NCBI GenBank assembly: GCA_900088475.1
Contig: FLMG01002918.1
Location: forward strand, 26,895-90,894
DNA length: 64,000 nucleotides
Direction: 5' to 3'
DNA from: Hyphochytrium catenoides
Lineage: Eukaryota > Protista > Hyphochytriomycota
Positions 27,105 through 41,195 of this stretch are shown one piece after another (the first letter of the stretch is position 1; every line of letters begins with the position of its first letter). A program made the position numbers and the translations under genes. Below the pieces are notes generated by a model. That model was not told where the DNA came from. It worked only from the letters and a program-made list of their open reading frames with translations, and searched no databases.

Positions 27105-28240
27105 AGCAGAGGAAGAAAGTGACAAGGCTGCTGCAGGGCGGGAGAGACAGGAGTCAGAGCACGGGGGATGATGGCTCGTGACCTGCTGACCAGGATAAGA
27201 TGGGGGATGAGAAACAGAGTGTGAGACCCAGAGACAGAGTCAGGTAAACCAGTGTAAAGGTATAAGGTTGAGACATCGAGATACTCTAAGTCATGGAAAG
27301 ATGACATGAATCCTCGTCAAATGCACCGCATCCAAAGCAACCAAAACGTAAACCCGTTACTGTTGTAGACAGCGGGGTTCTATTATTTATTTACCCTTAG
27401 ATATGCCGCATTTAGGACAGGCCCATCGCTCGAATCACAGAGAGAAGACGCACATGCTTTCTCGTGGTTCCGCTCTCATTTCGCTACCCCCTGATCGAAC
27501 TTAATTGAGGCCGGTTGAAGAAAGGTATTTAGCTCCTAAATCTTGGGAATCCGAAAACACTGTTTTCGGGAGAGTGATATGGTGGATGCAGAGCAAAGAT
27601 TCTCGAAATGACATGAAAAGGTAGCAGAAGGTCACCCCACGTAATGGCACCGGCGGCACTTCCCACTTCAGTATGGCTGCCTAAGTCGTCGCCAATACTA
27701 TGTGAGTGACGCCACCCCCCATGTTGAAGATATTAATGGAGCAGAGTGGAGAGAGACGAGGTGCCTCTCATCCACTCTGTCTCGATGGCTCGGTGCTCTT
27801 TCTCTGAGATGTTTCCCTGTCTCGGGGTTTCTCTGTCTCTCGATTGTCGGCCAATCCAATCCACTGGCGCAGGTGGTTGGTGGAGGGTGAGGAGGGTGGG
27901 ACAGGAACATTAACTATGGACAAGGACGAACTTCGACATCGAAGTTTGGATACCACCAAAGTATCTTTTTCTTCCATAGAAATACTGTGAAAGCTCCTTA
28001 CTCTGTTTCGCAGGAATTTATGCTCTGTCTCTCAACCTTCTCAACTCTGTCTCTAAGAAGCTATCCTCGATAACAGTCTTACTGTATATATCGTTCTAGT
28101 CCCATCTCTCTCTCTTGTGGTCTTAACTGAGATCTATTCGTCCGTGGCCTGACCCGGTATTCCATAGATAATGTTCGTGGGATTGCTGAGAAGGAGAGAG
28201 AGAGAATAAATGGAACCCAACAAAATGCCACCATCTTTTG

Positions 28241-28321
<81 letters not shown>

Positions 28322-28593
28322 GCTTTCTCTCTCTCTTTCTCTCTCTCCCTTTCTTTCTTCTCTCTCTTCTCACTCTCTCTCCCTCACACACACAGCAGAT
28401 GTTCCCTGTTTCTCTGTGTCCCGTCCTGCTCTCCTTGTTTGTCTCTGTTGAGCTTCGCTTCCTACATTGTGAGAGACAGCCGCAGCAGAAGGATTGGTTA
28501 AGGTCCATCAAGTACAGGGAGGCAGAGAGGAGAGAGAAAAGAGAGACGCAGAGAGGCAGAGAGAGAGAATGAGAGCGAGAGAAAGAAGGAGAG

Positions 28594-28624
<31 letters not shown>

Positions 28625-29048
28625 GACAGAGAACTGTTTTATAGGCTTAGCGCTACTACTGTTTCGTAGAGTGAGGAATCTGTCGGTTGGTTCTGATCGA
28701 TCGTCGATGACTCATCTCAACTGAAGAAGCACGCACTCCTTATCTTCTATTTCCTCCGACTCTCTCCCTTCCCCGGTCTCTCTCTCTTTCTTTCTGGACT
28801 CGCTCCAGGTGGTATGATGTGTGTAGTTCTATATTGTCTCGCTTCTCCTCTTGTGGCGCCACCGCCAACGTCACACTTCCTCTTTATTCCCTGCAAAGTG
28901 TGTCCTCGCAGCTCTCTCCCTCTCTCTCCTCTTTCGTCCGTTTCCTCTTCCTATGGCTCTCTTCTTCTTCCCTTTTTTCCCTTTCCTTCTCCTCTCTCTC
29001 TCGACCTACCAACAGCGGGACGATATGCATTCATCGAGCTTGCTGTTC

Positions 29049-29115
<67 letters not shown>

Positions 29116-30284
29116 TCTCTCCCTGTGTCTGTGTCTGTCCCTCTCTGTCTGTCTGTCCTCTCTTCTCTCTCGCGCTCTCTCTCTCTCTCTCCTTTCTCTT
29201 CTCTCTCTCACTCTTGCTCTGTCAAGGTCAGTGTCTTTAGCATTCTTGAACAACAGCGCCGTCTCGGCGGCTCGTCTCAGTGTCTATTTCTAGAGCTTCA
29301 TGGCAATAATGAACACCACCCAATGTCTCAGGCCAAGAGAAATCCAATAATCTCTATTTGCTCAGCCATATACTGACTCATGCTATCTGTTTTCTATAAA
29401 GAGACGGTAAGCAGATCTTTCGGTCACATCGGGAGCCGATTACTCTTCTTCCCTTTGTCCTGCTCACCATGGGAGGAGGCCAATCTGCTGGCTCTGAGCT
29501 CATCAGCGGTGGATCACTGCTGCTTACCACCATGAGCTCCTCCTCCTATTACCTCACGCTTGACGCCGCTGCCTTCCAAATCTCTGTCATCAGACAACGT
29601 TCAAAGACTCGCTGCACGGACGCAGGAGGCCCAAGAACTCCAAGCCCTTGACAGAAAGCCCGCCTGGGTCGCCCACCACGTCTTGATCTTCAGCTTTGCA
29701 AAGCCTGGCTCTTGCCCTAACCACCTGGCTCGGCTTGCCTTCACCAAAACAAGGAAGAGAGGATCATCGAGGTAAACTATTGACTTCTGTCAGATCTTCA
29801 TGCGATGGCCCCACAGCCAGTTCGGTTCTTTGGCTGAGTTCGCTGTGTGTGCCTCAGAAACTAAGAAGAGACTGGACATTGGCCACGCTCTCCGCATATT
29901 CACGAGGAGCTTGCTCTCACATTGCTCCTGCTGTCTACTTCTTCCCGATGGCAGAACTCTTCTTTCAGCTGCTGCATCGTCTACATCTCCTCCCTCCTCA
30001 CGGTGGCCAGGCAGAGGAAAGAAGCTGGGCTCTCTTGAATATCTAAGGTCCGGCGGATGAAGATGATGGTCTTCTGCTCATTGCTGGGCGCGAACCGTGG
30101 AGAGCTTCGTCAGTGGCGCAGGCCGCATGCCTGGGATATTAGTCCGGGTTGGGGGCGCGGACATTGATGAGCTTTCTGCCTCACAGGGAAATGTCGTTGT
30201 GGCAGGAGAAAGCATTCTTCTCTTATGCAATAAGAGGAGGAGAGAAGAGACGATAGGAACGAGAGAGAAAGACTGCCACACAGT

Positions 30285-30319
<35 letters not shown>

Positions 30320-30414
30320 GAAAAGAGAGAGGAAGAGAGAGAAAAAGAGAGAGGAAGAGAGAGATCGAGAGAGATCGAGATAGAGAGAGAGAGGGAGAGA
30401 GAGAGAGACAGAGA

Positions 30415-30450
<36 letters not shown>

Positions 30451-30735
30451 AAGAAAGAGAAAGAAAGAGAAAGAAAGAGAAAGAAAGAGAGGAGAACAAC
30501 AGAAAAACAGCGAGGAGGATGAAGAAAAAGAACAAGTTAGAAAGAGACGGCAAGTGAGAAGGTCAGATAGAAAGGTGCTAGGGAAGAGAAGAGATATGAG
30601 TGAGCAAAAGAAAAGACAAGAGATAAAGATTTCCAAGCAAAGAGAGGAGAAGAGAGAGAGAGAGAGAAGACAAGCGACGCACAGCCTTCCGATAAAGATA
30701 AATTAGATTAGGAAGAGGCTGTCGATATCTCTCCT

Positions 30736-33701
30736 CTAGCTTTCTTCCCCGACAACCACCCGTAAAATACTATCGCTCTCTTCTCCTCTCTCTTCCTTCT
30801 TTTTCTCTCTCCCTATCTCCGCCACCATCTCTGCCGCTATGTACTGCTGAAGATAAACAATCATCTCCTCGTACGTCTTTGTCTCGTTTAGCTGCCGGAC
30901 CATTGCGAGAGAAAGAGAGGGAGAGAGAGAGACCTTGAGTTCTTGACGCGAAGAGACATGATAGGCCGTCATGGAGAGAGAGAGAGGAGAGAACTCTTTT
31001 TCTCTCTTCTCTTCGCTTTCCTCCCCCTGTTGTCTCTCTTCTTTGTCGTGTTCTATTCCTGCCTCCATCGCGGCATTTTCTCTCTCTGCTCCTGTCTCTC
31101 CTCTTCTCAAACTGACAATGATCCGGAAAAATTCATACTCAGGCATCTGCGCTTCCTGTGTCTCTCTCCCGTGGTCTTCCCTTTCTTTCTCCTCTTGCTC
31201 TCTTCTCCCCGTCGAGTTTCTCTCTTTCTCTCTCTTTTCTCGCCTGCAGTGGAGCTTGTGATAGGCGTCATAGATTCTACTGCTCAGCTGCAAAACTAGG
31301 GAAGAAGAAGAAGTGAAAGAAGGCGAGGAATTGGGGTTGGAAGAGAGAGAAGGAGAACTCCTCTCTCTCTTGTCCTTGTTTCCACCAAGTTCCCCTTCTT
31401 CCACCCGCCCTTTTCCAGAAAAGAGACTAAAAAAGTCTCTCTCTCTCTCTGATGTGTCTCTCTTCTCTGCCTGGGTCGCAGGGGTAAGAGAGAAGAGGAG
31501 AGAGGAGAGAACCAGCGTTCTCTCTCTTAGTATTGTCTCTGCCAGCCGTCGCCACATGTCTCGAGAGGCGCGGAGCTGTCGCCGTGGCTCCTCTTCCACT
31601 TCAAATAGCTCCTGTTTGTATGAGAGAGAGAGAGAGAGAGAGAAGAGGGAGATAAGAAAACCAGAGAGAGAGAGAGAGAGAGAGAAAAGAGAGAGAAAAG
31701 AGAGAGAGAGAGGAGCAAATGAAATCGGCGGACAGAGAGAGAGAGGGAGAGGATAGAGACGGAGAGCGAGCGAGGAGGGCCAAGCACGTGTCAGAAAGAG
31801 ACAAATCGAGAGAGAGAACACCAGAATGACAAGGAGGGAGGAGCGTCAGGGAGAGAGAGAGAGAAGAGAGTGAGAGCGCGATTTCCAGGTTGTATACGCC
31901 CCGAGAGGAGAGCGAGAGAAAGAGAAACGAAGAGGGAGAATGTAGAAGACGAGAAGAGAGACAGCACAACAATAGATAAACTCGAAATGCTAAAGACGGA
32001 GAGAGACGAGAGAGAGAAGATCTACTGCACCGAGAAAGAAAAAGGGGAGGGAGAGGAACAAGAAGAAGCTAGCAAAAGACTACGAAAAAGAGAGGGAGAG
32101 AGACGAAGAGAGAGGAAGAGAGAGAGAAAGACAGAAGGAAGAGAGCGACGAGGGAAAAAGAGAGAAAGAAAAAGAGGAACGAGAAAAGAGATAGATATGA
32201 GAAAAGATAGAGAACGAATTTTTATACAGCTACCTCTAAGAGCGCCTCCTTGTGCAACAGGAGATCCTCCATGTGAGAGCCATCTTCTCTCTCTCTTTGC
32301 TCTTGATATCTTCTCTCTTCTCCTACGCTCTCTCTCTCCTGTCGGTCTCTCTCTTCTCTCTCCTGTTGCTCTTTCTCTTCTCCTACGACTTCCACTCTTT
32401 TCGCTTCGTCTCTCTCTCCATTAGTCTCCTCCTTCATGTCGTCGTCTCTCTCTTTCAGCAACTCTTCCATCCTTGCTCTTTCTTTTCTGATCGCATCTTC
32501 TGCCCGAGAGAGTCTCTCTCTCAGCTTCAGCGCTGGCGGGAAGAGAAGAGAAAAAAGAAGTTTGAGAAAGAAGAGAGACGAACGGCAAAGAGGAGAGACA
32601 GTCTCTCAGGCCTACTGAAGTTGCTAAGGAGAGAAAGAGAAACAAGGGGACGGGAGAGTTTAGCGAGAGAAGAGAGGAGAGAGCCGAGGCGGAGAGAAGA
32701 CGAGGGGGAAGAAGAGAGAAACCACCGCATGGGAAGAGAGTATAGCGGGGGAGAGAATGAGGGGAAGAAGACTGACAAAAACAGGAGTCAGAGAGATGAA
32801 TAGAAAGGATCAATAGAAGAGAGAGACGAGCATAAAGAAAAGTGAGCAAACTTGCAGGTTCATAGCTTGCAGAACCACCACGAGAGAAAAGAGAGAGAAA
32901 GATTGAGAGAGAGAGAGTGAGAGAGAGAGAAGGAGAGGGAGAGAGAAGGAGAGTGAGAGAAAGGGCAGAGAGCAGAATGGCTTATCTTTTCCGCACCTCT
33001 CTCCTCTGCATTTCTTTCCGCTTGTTTATATTCCTCGGTGTCCTCATCATACGGCTAGGGTGCACGTGAGGGAGAGAGATACAAGAAGAGATTGAGCGAG
33101 AGAGAAGAAAGAGAGAGAGAGAGAGAGAGAAAGAGCAGAGCAGAGCAGATGATTTAAAGGGAGGAGGAGGTGATAAGAGGGAAAGGAAGAAAGGAGAATA
33201 AGGGGCCTGATCGTGTGTTCGATTGAGAGAAGAGAAGGAAGACGGAGAAAGAGAAAGAGAAACAGAGGTAGAGAGCATACCGCGAGGATGTTCCGTCTAA
33301 AGTTGCTTTCTCCCTCCCTTCTTAGGTACAGGAGAACCTCTGTCCAGGGGAGGAAGAGGGAGAGAGAGGGAGAAGAGATAGAGGCGGTGTAGAGAGAGAG
33401 AGATACACCGTTGCCCATCTCCCCAGCTTTCTCTTGCTTCTTCTCTTCCGCCTGCACAGTGTGAAAGAGCCAGTATCTAGCGTTAAAGGCTTCCTCCTTT
33501 CCTGGCGGAAACCGCGACATGCGCCTTTCTCTTGGTTTCTCCCTCCTTAGAGCTCTTATGTTTCTGTCTCTCTCTCAAGATCTGCCTTTCTCTCCCTCTT
33601 CGTCTCTCGTCTCGTCCTCTTTTTCCTCTCTCTCTCTTACTGCCTGTCTATTACCCTTTCTGTTCCTCATTCCCCTTCCTCCAACCCCGTCTTAACCAAC
33701 A

Positions 33702-33750
<49 letters not shown>

Positions 33751-34171
33751 CCACTCTCTGTCTCTCTCTCTCCTCTATGTGTCTCTTTCTACCTTTCTTT
33801 CGTCTTCCCTAGCACTTACCACTATCTTTCCTTCTTCCGGAGAGAGAGACATCTCTTTCGCTTCCGATTTCCTCTCATCTGTCTCCCCAAGAGAAGAAAA
33901 GGAGTGTGGAATAGCGGCTCCCAGGGGAAGAAAGAGAGAGAAGATGATGTGCGCGCCACAAGAGAGAAAGAGGGCTCCCGAGGTCAGGAGAGAGCCTCGA
34001 CCAGCCTCTAACATATGATGGGTCAGGGGTGAAGGAGGGAGAGAGAAGAAGAAAGAGAAAGAAGGAAAGAGGGAGAGGAGTTAGGAAGAGCCACAGAGAA
34101 CAGAGAATAAGGGGAGGAGACAGAGAAAAATAGAGGGAGAGAGATGAAGGAGAAAGAGAGAGAGAGAGGAG

Positions 34172-34226
<55 letters not shown>

Positions 34227-34910
34227 CGAGGGGAGAGAGAGCGAGAGAGGAGAGAGAGCGAGAGAGGAGAGAGAGCAAGAGAGAAGAGAGACAGAGAGTG
34301 AGGAGAAAGGGAGAGAACTAGACCGAGAGAGAGAGAGAAAGAGAAGAGAGCGAGAGCGAGAGCGAGAGCGAGAGAGAGCGAGAGAGAGCGAGAGAGAGAG
34401 AGAGAGAGACGGGAATGAGACAAATACCTCGTCTCGGTTTTCTTCTAGAAGAAAACAATTGTCTCTCTTTTGTTTTGACTCCTCTCTTTTGATCTCGGCT
34501 TCTTCTCTCTCTTCTCTTTTCTCCTCTTCCTCTCCGGCCAGAGCAGCGCTGGTGGATGTGATAGGAGGGATGGTCCATCGGCATCGAGAGAGAGAAAGAC
34601 CCTAAAGGGAGAGAAGTTAATCGAGCAACAACAAGAGATGTGAGAGACATTACGAAGCTAGCTGACAGACACAGAGGAAAAAGATGATAGAGACCAGAAG
34701 AGAGAGACAAGAGGGAGAGAAGAAGGGAAAACAGAGGAAGAGAGAGGTGGAAGAGAGAAAGAGAGAGAGAGATGGGGAGAGGAATAAGAAGGAAAGTGAG
34801 CCCAAGACTTGGGCTTACTGAAAGCACAAAGAAGAATAGCGTAGTAGAGAAAGATCAGAGAGGAGACAGAGGCAGAGAAGAGCGACCGACAAAGGAGAGA
34901 AACAGGAGGG

Positions 34911-34941
<31 letters not shown>

Positions 34942-37900
34942 CTTCTTCTCCCTTCTCACCACTTTCTCCTGTCTCTCCGTCCAACAGCTGCCGCTTGACT
35001 CTTTCTAGCTGCTCCTGAGTCTCTTTTCCTTCCTCCTCCACCTTGGCACTCAACTCGGTCTCCTCTTTTTGAAGCTCTCTCTTCAGCTCCTTCATCGCAG
35101 AGACTAAGAGATTATTAGCCCAAGGCCATAGATTCGTAAGAAAGCGAAACAGACAACAAGAGAGAGAGAGAGAGAGAGATGGAGAAAAGTATTCGAGGCA
35201 AGGAGAGAGAGAGAGAAAGAATAGATTAATGGGAGAGAGAGAGAACCAAGAGACTGACAAATAGACTGAAAATTATCATAGGGAAGGAGAGACAGGAGAG
35301 AAAGATAACGAGGTGACATGAGAAGGGCTGCTGAGAACAAGCAAGTTAGAGAGAGAGAGAGAAAGAGCGAAAGAGGGAGAGAGAGAGAGAAAAAAAGAGA
35401 GAGGCAGACGCTATAGAAAAAGAGAGATAGATACCGGCGCGAGACATCCAAAGTAAGACAGCACGAAGGGAGAAGAAGAATAGATAGAGCGAGAGATACA
35501 GAGAAAGAGAACTTTTCTCCTTCTCCCACCTGCTTCTTTCTGCTTATGTTTGAGAGCAATCTTGACCTCTTTCTTTCGCGCTCTTTCCTCTTTCCTCTTC
35601 TCTTTGTCCTCTTCTTCGCCTTCCTCCTCCACTTTCTGAAGTGCAGCTACAGCCTTTTCTTCTTTCTCTCTCCAACCTTGGAGCTTCTCCTCTACAGCTG
35701 CCCTCTTGGCCTCGAGCACACGCTGAAGCCTAGCGGGAGAGAGAAAGAAAGAGTGAAAGAGAGAGGAAGAGGAAGAGAAGAGAGGAAGGAAAGAGGGAAG
35801 AGAGGTAGCAGAGAGAGAGAGAGAGAGAGAGAGTGTGAGGAGCAGAGCCATCATCATTGTTTCTCAATAAGCACCAAGTAAGTGGAAGAGCTGAGAAAGA
35901 GAGAAGACAAGAGAGAAGAGAGACAATACCCAGCTTTCAATGCCTCCAGTTTCCCTTCTAAGTGGTCTTTCTTTTGCCGGAGTTCTTCTATTTCTCTCTC
36001 TTTCTCTCTCTCCTCCTTCGTGCGATATGGAGGGAGGAGAGAGCGTGTCCCACAGAGCCCGCTGCGAGAGCATAGACAGAGTGTAGTGGTCTCTTTCTCA
36101 GAAGAAAGGGAGAGCTGTATAAGGAGAAGGCGGGAGAGAGAGAGAGAGAGAGGGAGAAGAAAGGAGAGAAAAGGTGTTAATGTGAAGAGCTGAATGGAAA
36201 GAAGGACTGGATAGAGAGACACAGATATTGCTTTTGCCCTTCCAATCTTTTTGTGGCACTCTTTGGGCTTCCTCTTGCCAACAAATACAGGGCGAGGCTT
36301 CCTTCATTTTCTCTTTCTTTTATATCGTTCCTTTCTCTCTCTTTGTCTCTTCTCTCACGATCTCTTGGCTCCTCTGTTGTCTCTATTTTCTGACTGTCGC
36401 TTTGACCCTTTTTTTGCTCCCCTCCAAGCATTGTGCCCACTTATACTCTCTCTGTGTCTCTCTCTGTTTCCTCTCTCTCCCTCGTTCTATCGCTTTTCGC
36501 TTCTTTCTCATAATCTCTCTCCTGCCTCTGCCCTTCCGCCTCCCCCTCTCTCTCCCCTCTCTCCCCTCTCTCCCCTCTCTCNNNNNNNNNNNNNNNNNNN
36601 NNNNNNNNNNNNNNNNNNNNNNNCTGCCTTAAGCGCTGGAGGAAAGAGGCGTGGAGGGAGAGAAGAAGGGAGAGAGATCGGCACTTTACTCTCTGCTGCC
36701 GCCTCCAGGAACCCTAAGGTCAACTCGTAACTAAGAGAGAGAGAGAGAGAAAAAGGAGAGAAATGTGGGCGGGAGAGGTGCAGAGGAGAAACGATGGGAA
36801 AGTGAAGAGAGAAGGAGGAAGAGAGACGGGAACAACATGGAACGAAGCGGAGAGAAAAGGGTAATAAGAAAGACAAAAGGATAGGGAGCGAAGTGGTGAG
36901 TAGGAGAAAATGGAGAGAGAGTGAGATTATTACGCGGTCAGATGTGAAGAAGAGAGAGAGAGAGAGAGAGATAAACAGAGAAAGAGATAAGACAGAGCCA
37001 CTCTAAAAATATCCGTGCAAGGGAGCATTGTGGCGAGAAACGAAAAGAAGAGAGAGAGGAGAGAAAATGACGTGGCCAGCAACACCGGGGAAAGACGTGC
37101 CTAAATAGTAGGACGCAGAAGAGAAGGAAAACAAGCTAGTAGGAACCAGACAGAGAGAGAGAGATGGGGAGAGAGAGGGTGCGGAAGGAGAGAAGAGAAG
37201 GAGAGGCTGCGCCAAAACTGGGAGGAGGAGAGAAGGGGAGAAGACTGACTTTTGGCTGTTGCTTGGCAGGTAAACTTTGATGCTGATGGAGCCTGGCCGC
37301 CCGGGATATTCAAAAACACGGACAATGGCCTTGAAGCCACTCACCNNNNNNNNNNNNNNNNNNNNNNNNNNNNNNNNNNNNNNNNNNNNNNNNNGAGAGA
37401 GAGAGAGAGAGAGAGAGAGCAAGGGATGGGGAAATCGAGAGACGAAGAGTGAGGGTAATATTGAGAGAAAGATAGACATAGACCGAGTTGAATGGATAGA
37501 CGGAGGAGAGAGACAGAGAGAGAGGAAATTAGACGGAACAAGAGTAGAGCAAAGAGCCAAAAGAATTATCCAAGATAGAGAAAGGAAAGCACTGGTTTCT
37601 TTCCTTTCTCTTTGTCTCTCTTCTCTCTTTACAGTCCGTACCTCTCTGGCGCCAGCAAAGAGACAATCTCTGAGTCTCTTTGGCGTCTGAAGTCTCTCCT
37701 GTCTCTTTTTCTCTTCCTCCTCTCCTCTCGTTAGCATAGAGCTCAACCACTCTTCCCGCCGCTGCTCCGCCTAAGAACAACAATGCAAGAGAAAATAGAG
37801 CGGGGAGAGTAAAGCAATAAGGAAAGAGACCGAAAGTCAGTGAGAGAGACTTGTTGGAGAGAGAGGGAGAGAGAACGAGACCGAGAGAGAGAGAAGAGAG

Positions 37901-40202
37901 AGCGAGAGAAGAGAGCAAGAGAGCGAGATCCGAGAGACTGAGAGAATTGAGAGAGGAAGGACCGAGACGATAAAGGGTAACTCACAGCGTTCACTTGGAG
38001 AGAAGCCGAGATGCACAGCCTTTTTGTCTTCCTTTTCTCCTTTGAATCCTTAGCTTGGGCGGAGGGAGGAGGAGAGAACCGCTTGTCGCTTTCCACCCAG
38101 GTTTCGTTCTCTCTCTCCTCTTCTGCTCCTCCAGCTTTTGGTTCCTCTCCCTCTATCTTTTCCTCTCTCTGTTTCACTTCTATGTTGTCCTGGTTCGAAC
38201 CAGATGAGAGAGAACTGACCGGAGCAAGAGAGGAAGCAGCAGCAGTTGGAGAAGGAAAAGACGCCTCTTCTCTTGGTGTCTCTTCTCTGTGGCTCTCTCT
38301 CTTTTCTCCGTTCTCTCCTGTCCTTTTGCTACTCCCCGAGACTGGAGAAAGAAGAGGACAAGGTTCAAAGTAAAGCTGCCGCACCAAACGCCCTAGGAGC
38401 TGCAGAGCAAGAGAGAGAGAGAAGAACAGAGATGAAGAAGGGATGAAAAGGAGAGAGAAGAGAAAGAGAGAAAGTGAAGATGGGGAGAAAAGAGAGAAAG
38501 AGAATAATTATGGGGGAGAGAAAGGAAAAGAGTTAAAAGGAATGACAATGGCTTTGGGATAAAAGGATGGGAACATGACAATGGAGAGAGAGAAAAGAGG
38601 ACGATGAGCATGGTGGTGCCAGAAACGATGGGTAGATATCTGTGCGTGTGAGGAATCCAAAGAAGAGACAGAGAAGAGAGAGCCGGAAAGCGAGAGCGAG
38701 AAAGACTTAGAGAGACACAAGCGAGAGAGAGAGACACGGAAAGACAAAGAGAGAGAGGAAGACGGAGAGAGACAGAGAATGGCAGCGTCGGCTGACCTCT
38801 TTCTTTCGGCCTGGGTGTAGATCCCTCTGACTCTCTCTAAAGAGCGCGGGAAGAGCGTTCACCGATATTTCCAAGAAATAGACTGTGGAGCTGGCAGGCT
38901 CATAGGCGCACACTAGCAATCCTCTAGCGTGACGACAGAGAGAAAGAGAAAGAGAGACAGAGACAGAGAGAGAGAGAGGGGAGAGAGTCACAAAGTGTGA
39001 AAAGCTAGAAAGAGAACAACTGGAGAGATCAGGAACAGAGTAGAAAGAGGATGCAGAAGAGGTGTTGGCCGAGAGGTAGGTAGTGGCGCAGATGCGTCTC
39101 TAGGGACCTAACCTGGCTCTTATTCATGTCTTTCTCTCTCTCTCTCTCTCCTCTCCCTCTCATTTCCTCCTAGTTTCTTCTTCCTCTCTTACCTCTCGCC
39201 CTTGAGCCCCTGTCCGTACACTCTGCCATAAATCCCTCCTGTTCCAAGCAGGGAGAGGATGACATAAGTGTCAGACACGATGGCGCCACATTGCAGCAGG
39301 AGCTCAGGGGAAGAGGGAGAAGTGGCTGTCTCTATGCTTGTCTTCTCTTTCTCCTCTTCTGCAGCAACCGCCAGTGACCTCGAGAATCGTTGCTTCCATT
39401 CTCTGTTCATTAGAATCAAAGGCGCGGTGTCAGAGGGTTTCGTTGCGCAGGAAGAGAAGGGGAGAAGAAAGAAAAGAGGAGGAGAGAAAGAGAGAGAGAG
39501 AGGGCAGGCTTAGAGAGCCAAACGAAGGAGAAGAGTGATGAAGGAAAATGGGCTCCCCAAAAAGCCTAGTCCTCAACTAAAAATTGGATAGAAGTAGAAA
39601 GAAGGATCGGAAGAGGAGAGCGAGACAGATCGCTCAGGGAAGAGAAAACAGAGGGTGAAGGAGGACGATCAATTGCCTATAATTGTGGAGGAAAGGGAGA
39701 GCGAGAGAGAAAAAAGAGAAAAGAGAGAGAGAGAGAGCGAGAGAGAGAGCGAGAGAGTTAGCGAGAGAGATAGAGAGGGAGAGAAAGAGAGAGAGAGAGA
39801 TGACAGACGAGAGATAGGACAAGACATAAATTTCCATTAAGGCCCACAGACCTGGCCCATCGCCATCTCTTTCTCTTCGTCGTTGCTGCAGGTACTATCC
39901 TCGTCTCTCTCTCACGTCTCTCGTTCTCTCTTTTGGATAAAAGGAAGAGACTGTCAGAGGACGGTAGCTCTATCATCAGCAGACAAAATGAGAAAAACTT
40001 CTGCCTACCCGTTGTGAAAGAGGGAAGAGGGCGAGAGAGAAGAAGGAGAGAGAGAGCCGTTGTTGCCCTCTCTTTCTCCTTCTTTCCTTGCTCCTCTGGG
40101 ACGAAGAAGGTCTTCGTAATATCGATCGAGATGCTGCTCGTGATCACGGTCGAGGAGCGGTTCTTTCCACTGCATAGAGAGCTGTATTAATTGAGGGAAG
40201 GT

Positions 40203-40240
<38 letters not shown>

Positions 40241-40344
40241 CCGAGACGGAGAGAGAGAGATGAAGGGTCAGCGATGCGCAGAAGGAAGTGGCTTCATGGA
40301 CATTAAGGTTTTAGAGGAGATTTGTGCTTAAGTCTGCCAGGCCG

Positions 40345-40387
<43 letters not shown>

Positions 40388-41163
40388 CTGAGATGAAGAG
40401 AGAGAACGGCAAAAAGAAGAAGAAAAGAAATTGCAGGCGAGAAATGAGCTAGAAACAACGAGTATTTAGGCAGATTCAGCTTTACAGGAGAGAGAGCAGC
40501 GCGAAAGGGGGAAAGAGAAGAGAGCGAGCGAGACAGATAGAGTTAGCGAGAGAGAGAGAGAGAGAAGGAAAGAAGTCTATAGTGCCAGTTGCAGTTACCT
40601 CTTTGTCAACATTAAGCGGCATGACAGGCACTTCATCTCCTCGAGACCTTTTGAAGAGTAGAGGGAACTGGAGGCGTCGGTAGTGGGGAGACCGGGGAGA
40701 GAGGGAAGAGGACTCTCTCTCTTCTCTCTCCCATCTCTCCTCTCCCCTCCTGTCTTCTCCCGATTCCTTAAGCTTTACTATGGACTCCACTCCAACGTGG
40801 GCCTGGCCTTGCGCGCTGAGAAAAAGTTTGGGCCTCACCAGCTCCTTGGAGAGAGAGAGGGAGGTATGGATGAGCGAAAAGAGAAAGAAGAGAAAGAAGA
40901 AGACAAAGAGCAAAGTTAAAAAGAGAGAGAGAAATTGAGAAAGAGAGAGAAAGCAAAAAAGAGTGAGAGAGAGAAAAAAAAAGAGAGAGAGAGAAAGCGA
41001 TTGAGAGAGTTGCGGAGGGGACAGTATGAGGACAGAGACATGTGCGGAAAGGAAGAGAGTGTAATAGAGACCGAGATAATAAAGAAACAAGCGATAGTTC
41101 CAGAGAAAGAGAGTGAGAGAGAAAGAGAGTGAGAGAGACAGACAAGGAGGAGAGAGAGAGCAC

Positions 41164-41195
<32 letters not shown>

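Noticed and set aside
27873-27960. GGG-TGA-GG as a possible selenocysteine codon
   Set aside because: No recognisable selenoprotein context or SECIS element, and no coherent gene model.
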